Assembly: GCA_035693825.1 (NCBI GenBank)
Contig: DASSGB010000099.1
Span: forward strand, 1 to 63,933
Direction: 5' to 3'
DNA from: Anaerolineales bacterium
GTDB lineage: Bacteria; Chloroflexota; Anaerolineae; Anaerolineales; E44-bin32
DNA: 63,933 bases
Shown here: positions 8,883 to 19,169 of the stretch, piece after piece
Position numbering within the stretch: the stretch's first letter is position 1
How the letters are laid out: each line of letters starts with the position of its first letter
Notes under the pieces: model-generated
The model's database searches: none
What the model was told of the DNA's origin: nothing
The model's input: the letters and a program-made list of their open reading frames with translations, nothing else
Position numbers and translations under genes: made by a program

Positions 8883-10166
8883 TCACGATTCACCCTGTGT
8901 TTCAACGATTTCGGTCTGCCAATCCAGCCGCGGCCGCACCACGCCTGGCGATCGGCCGAACCAGTTCTCGTGCCGCTGGCCGATGTCGAGGACTTCGAAG
9001 CTCAGCGCATCCTCCATGCGGAAGACCGGCATCCGTCCATTGCGGATCACCTGGAGCTGCAAATGGTAGGTGCCCTCGTTCAACAGCTTCGCCGGAAGGT
9101 GACAGGTGCAGCGAATCACCCCACGCGGCAGCGGAGACTTTGAGATTTCCGGGTCCTGCTCATTAGAGGCCGAAGTGAACGCGACCACCTGCTGCTCGGT
9201 GCCGAACAGCCAGCGAACATGCAGGTGCTCGTCGGGGACCCTGTTCCAGAACTCCACCTCGACGTCCAGAGGCGTCTCCATGGTGATCCCATCCACTTGC
9301 TCGGCCCTCGGGCGGACGGCCACGCGCCGGATGCGCACCATCTCGTTGCCCGGCGCCGTGGCCGGATCGGGCCACTCCTGCTGGGTGAGAGCCTTGGTGG
9401 AGGACGCCAGATACTGGAACACGACCTGGCGGGCTTCTCCGGACTGGTGGATCCGTCCATCCTGAAGCCAGACAGCGCGCTGGCAAAGGTTCTGGACGGC
9501 CACCATGTTGTGGCTCACAAACACCACCGTGCGCCCACGAGTCGCCACGTCGCCCATCTTGCCCAGGCATTTCTTCTGAAACGCGGCATCGCCAACGGCC
9601 AGCACCTCGTCGACCATCAAGATCTCCGGTTCGAGGTGGGCGGCCACGGCGAAAGCCAGCCGCACATACATGCCGCTGGAGTAACGCTTCACGGGGGTAT
9701 CGAGGAAGCGTTCCACCTCGGCGAAGTCGATGATCTCGTCGAACTTGCGGATCACCTCGGCCCGTTTCATGCCGAGGATGGCGCCGCTCAGATAGATGTT
9801 TTCACGTCCCGTCAGCTCGGGGTGGAAACCCGTCCCCACCTCAAGCAGCGAACCGACACGGCCCCGAATCCATGCCTTGCCGCTGGTTGGCTCGGTGATG
9901 CGCGAGAGGATCTTGAGCAGAGTGCTCTTGCCGGCACCGTTCCTTCCGACGATTCCGATCACCTCACCGTGGGGTACGTCGAAGGAAACGTCCTTCAGCG
10001 CCCACAGGGTCTCGATCTCCGTCGCCGGGCGGAAGGTGGAGGCCAGATATTCGAAGGGTGAAGCCCTCCAGCTGAAAACGCCCTTGCGACCGTTGCCTCC
10101 ATCGACCGCTCGGCCGATTCGGTAGCGCTTGCTCAGGTCGCGGGCCTGAATGGCATAGGCGGTCAT
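8883..10166 (-). CDS. wzt: Polysaccharide ABC exporter ATP-binding subunit with C-terminal Wzt_C-like domain
   Basis: Walker [38 protein letters not shown]; about 170-aa C-terminal beta-rich extension. Confidence 0.93.
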   Translation of the reverse strand: MTAYAIQARDLSKRYRIGRAVDGGNGRKGVFSWRASPFEYLASTFRPATEIETLWALKDVSFDVPHGEVIGIVGRNGAGKSTLLKILSRITEPTSGKAWIRGRVGSLLEVGTGFHPELTGRENIYLSGAILGMKRAEVIRKFDEIIDFAEVERFLDTPVKRYSSGMYVRLAFAVAAHLEPEILMVDEVLAVGDAAFQKKCLGKMGDVATRGRTVVFVSHNMVAVQNLCQRAVWLQDGRIHQSGEARQVVFQYLASSTKALTQQEWPDPATAPGNEMVRIRRVAVRPRAEQVDGITMETPLDVEVEFWNRVPDEHLHVRWLFGTEQQVVAFTSASNEQDPEISKSPLPRGVIRCTCHLPAKLLNEGTYHLQLQVIRNGRMPVFRMEDALSFEVLDIGQRHENWFGRSPGVVRPRLDWQTEIVETQGES

Positions 10167-11035
10167 AGTATGTCCACGACGGTTCGCTCGGTGCGCCGGA
10201 AGAAGTACGCGCCGGTGAGCACGCCGAACACGACCAGAACGGAGGAGAGAAGGAAGGTCAATCCCGGAGGATCCCCGATGCCCAGCAGAGCCCAACGGAA
10301 TCCCTGGATCACACCCGTCATGGGATTCAGCTCATACAGGAAACGCAGCGACGGCGGGATGAGGCTGACCGGATAGATGACGGGCGAGGCGTACATGAAA
10401 GCCTGCAGGAGGAAGTTCACGGCAAAAGACACGTCCCGGTATCGAACGGAGAAGGTCGCCAGCCACAGGCCGACCATGAGGGAGAAGCCCAGCGCCAGCG
10501 CCATGAAAAGCGGCAGAGTCAGCGCCTCGATCCGAATGGGCAGCCCGTACACGAGTTGGGCCACGAAGTAGACGACGAAGGACGCGGCCAGGTCCACCAG
10601 TCCGGAGGCCGCTCCGGCGATAGGGATCACCAGTCGCGGGAAGTACACCTTGGAGATGACGTGCATGTTCTCGACAAGGCTTCGCGAGGCGCGCAAGACG
10701 GCGTTGGAGAAGAAGCCCCACGGCAACAAGGCGGCCAACGAGAAGAGCGGGTAAGGGACATTGTCGGAGGGAACCTGGACGAGTTTGCCAAACACCAACG
10801 ACAGCAGTGCCATGTTGACCACCGGGCGAAGAAACAGCCAGGTGGTCCCCAAAGCCGTCTGCCGATAGGCGCCTTGAATCTCACGCCAGATCAGGAAACC
10901 CAGCAGTTCGCGGTATTCCCAGAGCTCGCGCAGCCCCAGGGAAGACCAGCCGCGAGAGGGTTCGATCACCGTCGTCGGCAGGGTTCCGAGATCTTCCCGC
11001 GGCAGGAGGCTGGGGCGGCTGGCCTCGGCAATCAT
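10163..11035 (-). CDS. wzm: Polysaccharide ABC exporter permease
   Basis: [51 protein letters not shown] overlap with the upstream gene. Confidence 0.93.
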   Translation of the reverse strand: MIAEASRPSLLPREDLGTLPTTVIEPSRGWSSLGLRELWEYRELLGFLIWREIQGAYRQTALGTTWLFLRPVVNMALLSLVFGKLVQVPSDNVPYPLFSLAALLPWGFFSNAVLRASRSLVENMHVISKVYFPRLVIPIAGAASGLVDLAASFVVYFVAQLVYGLPIRIEALTLPLFMALALGFSLMVGLWLATFSVRYRDVSFAVNFLLQAFMYASPVIYPVSLIPPSLRFLYELNPMTGVIQGFRWALLGIGDPPGLTFLLSSVLVVFGVLTGAYFFRRTERTVVDIL

Positions 11036-12561
11036 TTCACTTCCCCCTTCCGTCCGGCGTCCCGAGGCGGCCGGGCCGCGATCTTCCGCCCGTAGGCGGC
11101 CAGGGCGCCCACCCCGATGACCGAGATAACTCCCCACAGGATAGGCGAGGCTGGGTTGGCACGCGGCGATGGGTCCCCATACGCGCGCTGGACGGTGGGG
11201 ACCGGCGTGGCCGAGACGATCTCAGGTGTGGGCGTCGATGGATCCGTCGCGCCGGTCGGCGTCGCGACGACCTGCACAGGAACCTCGGGGGCGTCGAGGA
11301 CGGTGTAGGCGTACCAAGCCCCCGTCAGGAAGTCTTGAGTGACGTTGTGCGCCCACGTTGCCAACAGGACGTTGCCTTGCACGACCACGGCCCGAGGACA
11401 GCACGGATCGAAGGTGTCCGTCGCCGGGCCGGAGATGATGGGCTCCAGGGGCAGCCAGGTATCACCGACCAGGCGGCTGTACCACATGCCGTGAATTTCC
11501 GGATCCTGGAGCCGGTTTCCCAACACAACGTGGATGGTTCCGCGGCTGTCCTGTGTCAGGGCAGCATAGCCATAGCCGCCCCGGTGAGGAAATGGTCGGA
11601 TCGGAGGCGACCACGTGTTCCCGCCGTCGGACGAGCGCCTGATCCAGCGCGTCGGCGGATAGGCATCCTGGTAGATGACCAGGACGTCCTCATCCTTGGT
11701 CAACAAGGAAGGCCACCCCAACGATTCCTGGGCGTAATCCTGGACGGCCAGCACGGTCTCCGGTTCAGGGTGCGCGAAATCGGCCGAGAGACGGAGATAG
11801 CGAATATCGTCCTGGTCGCCCTCGGCGTCCGTTTCGTGCCAGACAATGTGCAGCCGACCGTCACCGTCGAATTCGGCCCACACCGAAGCCACATACAACG
11901 CCTCCCGCCTCGCCAGCGAAAGGGCAGTCGGCTTCGACCACGTTGCCCCTTCATCAAGGGAGTGGACCTCGTACAGGCCCCTTCCAAACCGCTCTCCGCC
12001 GTAGACCACGACCAGCCTCCCCTGCCCGTCACCCTGAATGGCAGCGGCCACCACCGTCGAAGCTTCGGTGCCAATCGGAACCGGCACCGACCACGCGCTG
12101 GCCTTGTCGGCCTCGGCCGCCGAAGCCCGCGTGTAGAAATGACTGCCGCCCTCGGCCGCGCCGCCGAAGTAGATCAAGTGCAGCGTGCCGGTGGGATCCA
12201 GATACACCCCGCTGAGGCTGGGCGCCAGACCCAGGAACTCGGGAAGCAGAATGTCCACCGGGGTCGACCATCCTTGGTCCAGGCTCCACCGTCGATACGC
12301 GATGACGAACGTCTGCGTCCCGTGGAGTTCCTGATCGAAGGCATGCACCCATCGATTCTGATCCGCTACCAGAAAGGGCGCGGTCAGCAGGTTGTGGTAC
12401 TCGGGAATCCGCTCGGGTTCGGACCAGGCGGTCGCCACCTGCGCCGGGGCGCGGCCGTTGGGAAGAACGGCAGCCACGAGGGCGAGGCCGACGACGAGCG
12501 ACCCGGCTCCAGACCAACGCAGACTGCCACCGCGACGGTGCCCGATCAACGCGCACTCCAC
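11032..12561 (-). CDS. Secreted, membrane-anchored Asp-box (BNR) beta-propeller protein
   Basis: Signal peptide-like N-terminus; SLDEGATW and SSDGGNTW Asp-boxes; P/T-rich linker, C-terminal TM helix and basic tail. Start uncertain (GTG 12561 or TTG 12549). Confidence 0.7.
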   Translation of the reverse strand: MECALIGHRRGGSLRWSGAGSLVVGLALVAAVLPNGRAPAQVATAWSEPERIPEYHNLLTAPFLVADQNRWVHAFDQELHGTQTFVIAYRRWSLDQGWSTPVDILLPEFLGLAPSLSGVYLDPTGTLHLIYFGGAAEGGSHFYTRASAAEADKASAWSVPVPIGTEASTVVAAAIQGDGQGRLVVVYGGERFGRGLYEVHSLDEGATWSKPTALSLARREALYVASVWAEFDGDGRLHIVWHETDAEGDQDDIRYLRLSADFAHPEPETVLAVQDYAQESLGWPSLLTKDEDVLVIYQDAYPPTRWIRRSSDGGNTWSPPIRPFPHRGGYGYAALTQDSRGTIHVVLGNRLQDPEIHGMWYSRLVGDTWLPLEPIISGPATDTFDPCCPRAVVVQGNVLLATWAHNVTQDFLTGAWYAYTVLDAPEVPVQVVATPTGATDPSTPTPEIVSATPVPTVQRAYGDPSPRANPASPILWGVISVIGVGALAAYGRKIAARPPRDAGRKGEVK

Positions 12562-13517
12562 AGGCCGGCGCCCGACTTCAGACTCTGACGCAGGCGGTCG
12601 ATGAACTTTGTTCCATCCCCAGAGTCGGCCCTCTGGGCATCTTGCAGCATCACGCTCGACTCGAGGGCCTCGGCCCACGGGCGGAGCAGGGACTCGGCCT
12701 CGGCTACTCGCCGTTCGATCGCCCACAGTCGTTCGGGCAGCTGCCCGCGTACAGCCGCCTCCTGCAGGCACACGTAAGTTTCCTCGACGAACGGGAGGAA
12801 CTCGCCGCCTGTCGGTGTGTGGTGCCGTAACTCGGGCCGGATGGCGTCCGCAAGCCTGGTCATCAGATCGTCCATCGTCCCCGGGATTGAAAGACCTACC
12901 GCCTGAACAACGGATTCGACCTGCCGGCGCAAGTCAGTGAACCAGCGATCGTATTCGACAACATGCAGGCTCCGGCCGCGCGCGTCCCTCAGGGCGTCGA
13001 GGTTGTGCTGCAGCCACAGCAGCTGCGCGCGGGCCTGGGGTATGGCGTCGCGGGCGAGAAGGGAGGCCGCCACCGCGTGCGGGTGGCGAACGGCCAGGAG
13101 GTACACCGGTTCCAGGCCCAGATCCTTGAAGATCGTTGTCCACAAAGGCACCAGGCGGGAGACGCGCGGATCTTTGAAACCCCACACGCCCGGGCTTTGA
13201 GCCACTTCGCGCGCGACCATGTCCTTCAACGTTTGTTTGAACGGCTGCACATCCTTCGCCATCCACCAATCCGAACGAAACGGAAGAATGCCTTTCCGCC
13301 CTGTCCACCGGCGATCGAGGTGCTCGAGAAGGTTGTGGTGCGTGCGAACGATTCCGGCGTGCTCGAAGTAACCGCGAGCATTATGCGTGTCCCCGGCGAT
13401 CAGGTCGGCGCCCAGGCCGACCCCGATGGCGTGCAAGACCGAACCCAGGAGAGAGGTTCCACTCCGGTGCATGCCGAGGACCACGACCACCCGCGGGGAG
13501 GATTGCGGTTTAGCCAA
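12546..13517 (-). CDS. Sulfotransferase-family (P-loop) protein
   Basis: VVVLGMHRSGTS, NARGYFE, WGFKDPR, RHPHAVAASL, VEYD; TTG start at 13517 after AGAGG. Confidence 0.78.
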   Translation of the reverse strand: MAKPQSSPRVVVVLGMHRSGTSLLGSVLHAIGVGLGADLIAGDTHNARGYFEHAGIVRTHHNLLEHLDRRWTGRKGILPFRSDWWMAKDVQPFKQTLKDMVAREVAQSPGVWGFKDPRVSRLVPLWTTIFKDLGLEPVYLLAVRHPHAVAASLLARDAIPQARAQLLWLQHNLDALRDARGRSLHVVEYDRWFTDLRRQVESVVQAVGLSIPGTMDDLMTRLADAIRPELRHHTPTGGEFLPFVEETYVCLQEAAVRGQLPERLWAIERRVAEAESLLRPWAEALESSVMLQDAQRADSGDGTKFIDRLRQSLKSGAGLWSAR

Positions 13518-14556
13518 AGACGTACCTCTGCGCCGCCGGCCCCGGCCATCGCTCGAGTGCCGCCGCCATGGCCACCAGCGCACCGACGGTCAGCGCCAGT
13601 CCAAGCGGTACGAGCACCAGAACCGCCTGCAGCAACCCCGGCACGAAAGCCTGAACCGCCACCAGCACAAGATTGAGGAAGATCAGATTCGTGAGGTACA
13701 GGCCGAAGGCTCTCCGCCCGATGTATTCGAAACTGCGTACGAAGGGAATTGCCTCGCGCCGCACGACAGGAACCAGCAGAACCGCCAGCAAGGGCAGCGC
13801 CAGGACCGCTTGCGGCGCCACCAGCGCGCCGGCTTCGTCGGCGACGACGAGAAGGTATAACGCCAGCGTGCCGGCCAAGAGCGGCCACCGCCAACGCTCC
13901 ACGGCTTGCCGGAACCCCTCAGCGTGCAGACCGAAGGCCATGCCCAACGGGAAGAAGATGGCCCAGATGGCCACGGTCAGGCGCAAGCCCGGGATTGTCA
14001 GATACGTGGTCCACGCCGGGAAGGTGACACCCAACATGTCGGGTTGGAGCGCTGCGATCGAAAAGATCTGGTACGCGCCAATGGCGAGAAGAGTCGGCCA
14101 CGGACGGGCGCCGATCCAGCGAACGAGGATAGGGCTGATGGCGTAGAACGCGATCAGGATCGGCACGAAATTGAAAGGGTAACCCACCAGCAGATACTTG
14201 GCGTACTCGACGGGGGTGTAGACATCGCGGTTGAGAACAAAGATGAGAGCGTAGAAGACCAGCGACCATAACACATAGGGAACCAGGATGTGCCGCAACC
14301 CGAGGGCCACAGCCCGATACGCCGGGCCGATCGGTTTGTCGCGAAGGGCGTAAGCCAAGAAGCCGCCCGAAAGAAACAGGAAGACCGGCACCGCAATGGG
14401 GCCGAGAGATTTCAAGGCCACCAGAATCAGCCTCTCGAACGACGGCGGGGTCGCGAAGCCGCCGGTCCGCACGGAGTCCAGGCTGAGGACAATGGCGTGG
14501 TTGAGGACCACGAGAAGGATCGCTGCCCCTCGCAGCGCGGGAAACTGCCGGCTCAT
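13510..14556 (-). CDS. Acyltransferase family 3 (OafA-like membrane O-acyltransferase)
   Basis: LRGAAILLVVLNH, AVPVFLFLSG, IGRRAFGLYL; multiple TM helices. Confidence 0.85.
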   Translation of the reverse strand: MSRQFPALRGAAILLVVLNHAIVLSLDSVRTGGFATPPSFERLILVALKSLGPIAVPVFLFLSGGFLAYALRDKPIGPAYRAVALGLRHILVPYVLWSLVFYALIFVLNRDVYTPVEYAKYLLVGYPFNFVPILIAFYAISPILVRWIGARPWPTLLAIGAYQIFSIAALQPDMLGVTFPAWTTYLTIPGLRLTVAIWAIFFPLGMAFGLHAEGFRQAVERWRWPLLAGTLALYLLVVADEAGALVAPQAVLALPLLAVLLVPVVRREAIPFVRSFEYIGRRAFGLYLTNLIFLNLVLVAVQAFVPGLLQAVLVLVPLGLALTVGALVAMAAALERWPGPAAQRYVFG

Positions 14557-15611
14557 CGGGATCGGTCCTCTCCATCAGAGGTCGAATTCGACGTCTCCCG
14601 ACGCCTGGTTTGCCCGTCGTAGACGATGGGCGGGGTCCGCAGGTAGTCGGTCGTGCGGCGCTTCTGCACGATGTCGCGCATCACCCGGTCGACCTGGTCC
14701 GCGCCAAGGCCGAGCCATGGCGCCACCTCGGCCGGCGACATTCCGTGTTCCATCCCGGCCCAGATGACATCCAACACGTCGAACGGCAGGCGATAGAAGA
14801 ACTCTTCCTGTGTGCTGCCGGCGCTGTAGGTGTCCGAAGTCGGGCGGCGCGAGCGGATGTCCTCGGGCACGCCCAGGTGCTCGGCGAGGCGGTAGACCTG
14901 AGTCTTGAAGAGGTGCAGGATCGGAGCGATATCCACGCCTCCGTCGCCGTGCTTGACGAAGAAGCCCAGGTCGTGCTCGTCCTTGTTGGCGGTTCCGACC
15001 ACGGCGTAGCCACGCCGTTCGGCGTGGTAGTACAGCATGGCCATGCGCGTCCGCTGTTTGAAGTTGGAGGCAGCCACGATCTGCGCGTATTCGGCCGAGG
15101 GGATCCGCTGCCGCCGTTCCTCGCCTTCCGGGCTGACGACCGTCAGGTAGAAAACGTTCAGCGTGTCCTCGTCCAGCAGGCTGCCGGGCAGTGTGATCTT
15201 GCTTTTCCATCCCGACCCGAACTCGCGAAAGACGCGCCGGATCGCCTCATCTCGCCGCCGATAGCAGCCGGCGTGCTCGAGGGCCCCGGTGATGTCTTCG
15301 GTCACCGTTTCCACGTGCAGCGCCTGGGCCCAGTCGCCGGCCAGCACTGCGCTTTCCGGGCTGGACTCGCTCTCCGGCAGAAGCACGGCCAGCACCTTCT
15401 CCGGGCCGAAGGCTCGCACGCATAAGGCCAGCACCACCGACGAGTCCACGCCACCGCTGCAGCCGACGACGACCCCGCGACGACGCAGACGACGCAGGAC
15501 GTCCTCGTGCAGAAGTCGGCTGAGGCGGTTGGATTCGGCTGCGGCATCCAGCGTCAGGGCCGGGAACTCCGCCGGCGATGCGGGCGTTTGCACCTTCGTA
15601 GGAGAGATCAT
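14553..15611 (-). CDS. nadE: NH3-dependent NAD+ synthetase-like protein (cluster-associated NadE paralogue)
   Basis: SGGVDSS PP-loop, SNFKQRTRM, GTANKDE, GFFVKHGDG, HLFKTQVY, PTSD; start ATG 15611. May not act on NAD given its context. Confidence 0.8.
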   Translation of the reverse strand: MISPTKVQTPASPAEFPALTLDAAAESNRLSRLLHEDVLRRLRRRGVVVGCSGGVDSSVVLALCVRAFGPEKVLAVLLPESESSPESAVLAGDWAQALHVETVTEDITGALEHAGCYRRRDEAIRRVFREFGSGWKSKITLPGSLLDEDTLNVFYLTVVSPEGEERRQRIPSAEYAQIVAASNFKQRTRMAMLYYHAERRGYAVVGTANKDEHDLGFFVKHGDGGVDIAPILHLFKTQVYRLAEHLGVPEDIRSRRPTSDTYSAGSTQEEFFYRLPFDVLDVIWAGMEHGMSPAEVAPWLGLGADQVDRVMRDIVQKRRTTDYLRTPPIVYDGQTRRRETSNSTSDGEDRSR

Positions 15612-15685
15612 TCCGTTGGACCGTGGAGATTGCCCCAGCGTGTCCGGGGCGGCCGAAGGGCCGCCCCGGACGCGCCCTGGCGTTC

Positions 15686-17068
15686 TTACTCCGAGCAGTG
15701 GCCCGGCCCGATCAAGCCGTTGTTGTACGCATCCAGGATGGAGGCGGTGGCAATGAAGTCGGCCCGGACCGTCTTGGACAGACTGCCAGACGGACTGTAT
15801 GCGGTCAGCAAAGCAGCTGCATGGGACAGGGTCCCAGAGATCGACGAGGTGTCGGCGCCGTTCAGGCCGTTGAGGACCGCGGCGATGTAGGCATGCGCCA
15901 GGATCCAGTAGGCGTGGCCTTGCGGAGAGACCCACAGGGCGCTGTAGTAGGTCTGCCCCGAAGAGAAGAAGGCCGTGCCCTCGCCGAGCAGGGCCCAGGT
16001 GTCGTCGTACGGCGCCGGGCCGTTGCTCGAGTGAGTCTTCCAGTAACCGGGCGTCAGCGAACAACCGCCGGCGCAGGGCACTGATATGTCAACCGTCCAG
16101 TCGTCGCTCCCGGTGGACCCGCTGTCGTTCGTCTGGAAGGATGCGACGTTGTGGACCTCGTGGGCGCCGCACGTGTCATACGGGCCGATGGTCCGGCTGT
16201 AGGTGAAGGTGAAAGTGGTTGAGCCGTCGGCGCACACCGTGCCCAGGACACCTTGCAGACTGTCGACGACATCGATGCATTCATCGACTGTCGTGGCGGC
16301 CGCGTACGTGACGGCCACCGTCCCGGAACCACCCAGCAGCGTGCCGCCGGCTCCATCGCTGATGTACACATCGGCAGTGTTCGTGGCCGGGGGCGCCCCA
16401 CTTCCCGAGGCGGTGTAGGTGCAGACCCTGGCGAATCCCGCCGGCAGATTGTGGGGGAAGGTGAAGGGGCAGGTTACCGTCGCGACGGTTCCGTCGCTAA
16501 GGGTATCCACAACGTCCAAGACCATCACCGCAATCTCGGAACTGTTGCGGAAGGTGATCTGTCCCGACACGCTCCACGCACCATCGATCGCGGTTGCGGT
16601 TGCCGTCACGGCGTAGTTCACCAGGAAGGATTGCCCCGCCGACAGGATCAGCGAAGACTGGTCGGCGGTCTTCTCGATGATCCAGGTCCACTGTCGTTCG
16701 GCGCTGCCCTCGGCCGTCTTCTTGACCAGAACGATGGATCCGGGCTCGGGCGTGGGAAGTACCGACGACTCCTCCACAACCAGGGCGCTCGTTTCCGCCT
16801 CCGTGGTCTCGGTGGACTCGGGTGTCGTCTCCGGGGAGGGTGTGACTTCCAATTCAGCCGTCTCGGTAGCCGTCTCTTCCGGGACAGGAGTCTCCGTCGC
16901 CTCCACCACGTCGGTTGGGGCGGCCTCGGTGACCTCTTCCGTCGGCGCCGATTCCTCCGTCGCTGTGGCTTCCGGCGTAACTTCTCCTTCGGCCGCCGCC
17001 GGCACGACGGCCACCATCGAAACGATCAGGGCCATCATTCCAAACAAGGAAACGAGCTTCTTCGACAT
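15686..17068 (-). CDS. Secreted protein with acidic E/T/P-rich N-terminus, beta-sandwich region and TPGYWKTH C-terminal domain
   Basis: GAGGGAGG RBS; signal peptide MSKKLVSLFGMMALIVSMVAVVPAAA; low-complexity segment; several Cys. Confidence 0.7.
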   Translation of the reverse strand: MSKKLVSLFGMMALIVSMVAVVPAAAEGEVTPEATATEESAPTEEVTEAAPTDVVEATETPVPEETATETAELEVTPSPETTPESTETTEAETSALVVEESSVLPTPEPGSIVLVKKTAEGSAERQWTWIIEKTADQSSLILSAGQSFLVNYAVTATATAIDGAWSVSGQITFRNSSEIAVMVLDVVDTLSDGTVATVTCPFTFPHNLPAGFARVCTYTASGSGAPPATNTADVYISDGAGGTLLGGSGTVAVTYAAATTVDECIDVVDSLQGVLGTVCADGSTTFTFTYSRTIGPYDTCGAHEVHNVASFQTNDSGSTGSDDWTVDISVPCAGGCSLTPGYWKTHSSNGPAPYDDTWALLGEGTAFFSSGQTYYSALWVSPQGHAYWILAHAYIAAVLNGLNGADTSSISGTLSHAAALLTAYSPSGSLSKTVRADFIATASILDAYNNGLIGPGHCSE

Positions 17069-17196
17069 CTGGCCTCCCTCGCCTAATGCCATAGAGATCC
17101 CAGCCGGGCTGGGTCTGCGATCACCGCTCCCGCGCGGGAGTCGGGAATTCCAAGACCGGGGAGAACGTCGGTGGATTCGACCCGCCAGTGGTCGCG

Positions 17197-19167
17197 CTAC
17201 GCGGCGGCGAGGGTGGTGGCATCGACGATCTTCAACGACGGCGTCAGATCGTCGACCGGCGGGGTCCGGTGGCCGCGCACGAAGAGCCGGTCGACGAGCT
17301 GCGTCGAGAGGATTCCCACGACGGCCATTTCCTCGATCTCGCTCAGCTCGGCCTCGCTCTTCGCTTTGCGCACCAGCCGTTCGACCGCGGCCGGCTTGAA
17401 GTAGCCGGTGTCGGCCACGGCCCGGGTCGACAGCAGCTCGTCCACATAGTCGGGCCGGCCGTCGCCCCCGAAGAACGTTCGCCGAATGGGAGCGCGGTAA
17501 GGGCGCTTGGTTCGCTTCCAGATCTCGGGCGGGACCAGCGTGCGGGCCAGCTTGCGGAGCAGCCACTTCTCGGTCAGACCGCGAAGCTTCAGATCATCCG
17601 GCAGACGGCCGCAGAACTCGACCAGGCGATAATCGAGGAAGGGGTATCGCCCTTCCACTGAATGGGCCATCGACATGCGATCGCCCTGGGACGACAGCAG
17701 GTAAGGCGAAAGGAAGGAGACCATCTCCAGATACTGAGCCTGGCCGAGAGCTGTCCAACCCGAGAAGGCCTCCGGCAGCCGACCCTGCCAGCCGGCCCCA
17801 TGCCCGTTCACAGGATCGTGCGCCAGGAAGCGATGGATGCGAGTCGTGTTCTGCCAGCGGATGCGGTGAGAGTAGTCGGGCGCATCGGTCTGGGTCAGGC
17901 CCTGACCGAAGAACGCTCGCCGAAAGTCGTCGTTCGAGCCGAGGCGGGGGATATCCTGATACAGCCTGGCGAAGAGCATCGGACGCAGCTGCGAATCGGG
18001 CTGCCGCGCCCAGAACCGACGCACACGCATTTCCTTGAAGATGTCGTAGCCTGCGAGAATCTCATCGGCGCCCTCGCCGGTCAGGACGACCTTATAGCCG
18101 TGTTCGTGGACTCGCCTCGACAGCAGGTACATTGGGGCCGGCGCCGTCCGCAAGATGGGCGTCTCGGTGTGCCAGGTCACATCCGGGAAGACCTGCGCGA
18201 TGTCGCCGTGGGTGCAGAAGACTTCCTGATGATGAGTCCCCAGGGCAAGCGCCATCCGCCGTTGGTGAGGGCTCTCGTCGAAGCCGGCGTCCGAGAAGGC
18301 GATCGAGAACGTGTCGAGCGGCGTGTCGGAGCGCGTGGCGACCAGCGCGGCCACGACCGACGAGTCGATCCCTCCGCTCAGGTAGGCTCCCACCGGGACG
18401 TCGGCCCGCAACCGGATGCGCGTCGCATCCGTCAACAGCTCCTCGAAGGCTTCGAAGTACTCATCGTCAGTCCGCCCTGGCTCGTCCTGACCGAAATCGG
18501 GCTGCCAATAGGAGCGAACGGAGATATCGCCCTGGCGGGCGAGAAGGTAATGGCCCGGCGGGACTTCCTGGATGCCGCGGAAGATCGAACGCGGAGATTG
18601 CGGGCTCCAGTAGGTGAAGACCTGCTCGAGCGCCTCCGGATCGATGTGCGCCTCGATGCCCGGTTGAGTCAGGATGGCTTTGACCTCGGAGCCGAAGACC
18701 AGTCGGCCGTCCTGCCGCGTGTAGAACAGCGGCCGGATTCCCAGGCGGTCGCGAGCCAGCAGCAAGCTTCGAGCCTGCGCGTCCCACAGTGCGATGGCGA
18801 ACTGGCCGTTCAGCGAGCGCAGGCAATCCGGCCCGTCCTCTTCGTACAGGTGCAGCACGACCTCAGTGTCGCATTCGGTGGCGAAGGTGTGGCCGGCCCC
18901 TTCGAGGCGAGCGCGCAGTTCGGGATAGTTGAAGATTTCGCCGTTGAAGACAATCCACAGCGAGCCATCTTCGTTGCCGATCGGCTGCTGCCCGCCCGCC
19001 AGATCGACAATGCTCAGGCGGGCGCTGGCCAGCCCGACCCACGCATCCCGGTACAGCCCGAATTCGTCCGGCCCGCGGTGACGCAGGGCGAGGATCATCT
19101 GGCGCAGGCCCGCCTCGGGCACGCCGCGAGGCTCGGTCTCATTCAGGACTCCGGCGATACCACACAC
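17197..19167 (-). CDS. asnB: Asparagine synthase (glutamine-hydrolysing) family amidotransferase
   Basis: MCGIAG, HRGPD, RLSIVDL, FNGEIFN, YLSGGIDSS, LTGEGADE, DRMSMAHSVEGRYPFLD. Confidence 0.92.
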   Translation of the reverse strand: MCGIAGVLNETEPRGVPEAGLRQMILALRHRGPDEFGLYRDAWVGLASARLSIVDLAGGQQPIGNEDGSLWIVFNGEIFNYPELRARLEGAGHTFATECDTEVVLHLYEEDGPDCLRSLNGQFAIALWDAQARSLLLARDRLGIRPLFYTRQDGRLVFGSEVKAILTQPGIEAHIDPEALEQVFTYWSPQSPRSIFRGIQEVPPGHYLLARQGDISVRSYWQPDFGQDEPGRTDDEYFEAFEELLTDATRIRLRADVPVGAYLSGGIDSSVVAALVATRSDTPLDTFSIAFSDAGFDESPHQRRMALALGTHHQEVFCTHGDIAQVFPDVTWHTETPILRTAPAPMYLLSRRVHEHGYKVVLTGEGADEILAGYDIFKEMRVRRFWARQPDSQLRPMLFARLYQDIPRLGSNDDFRRAFFGQGLTQTDAPDYSHRIRWQNTTRIHRFLAHDPVNGHGAGWQGRLPEAFSGWTALGQAQYLEMVSFLSPYLLSSQGDRMSMAHSVEGRYPFLDYRLVEFCGRLPDDLKLRGLTEKWLLRKLARTLVPPEIWKRTKRPYRAPIRRTFFGGDGRPDYVDELLSTRAVADTGYFKPAAVERLVRKAKSEAELSEIEEMAVVGILSTQLVDRLFVRGHRTPPVDDLTPSLKIVDATTLAAA

Positions 19168-19169
19168 CG

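Noticed and set aside
17170..17187. T-loop-like stem (GGTGG-ATTCGAC-CCGCC-A) suggesting a tRNA fragment or att site
   Set aside because: No cloverleaf, the loop deviates from TTCGAAT and no integrase is nearby.
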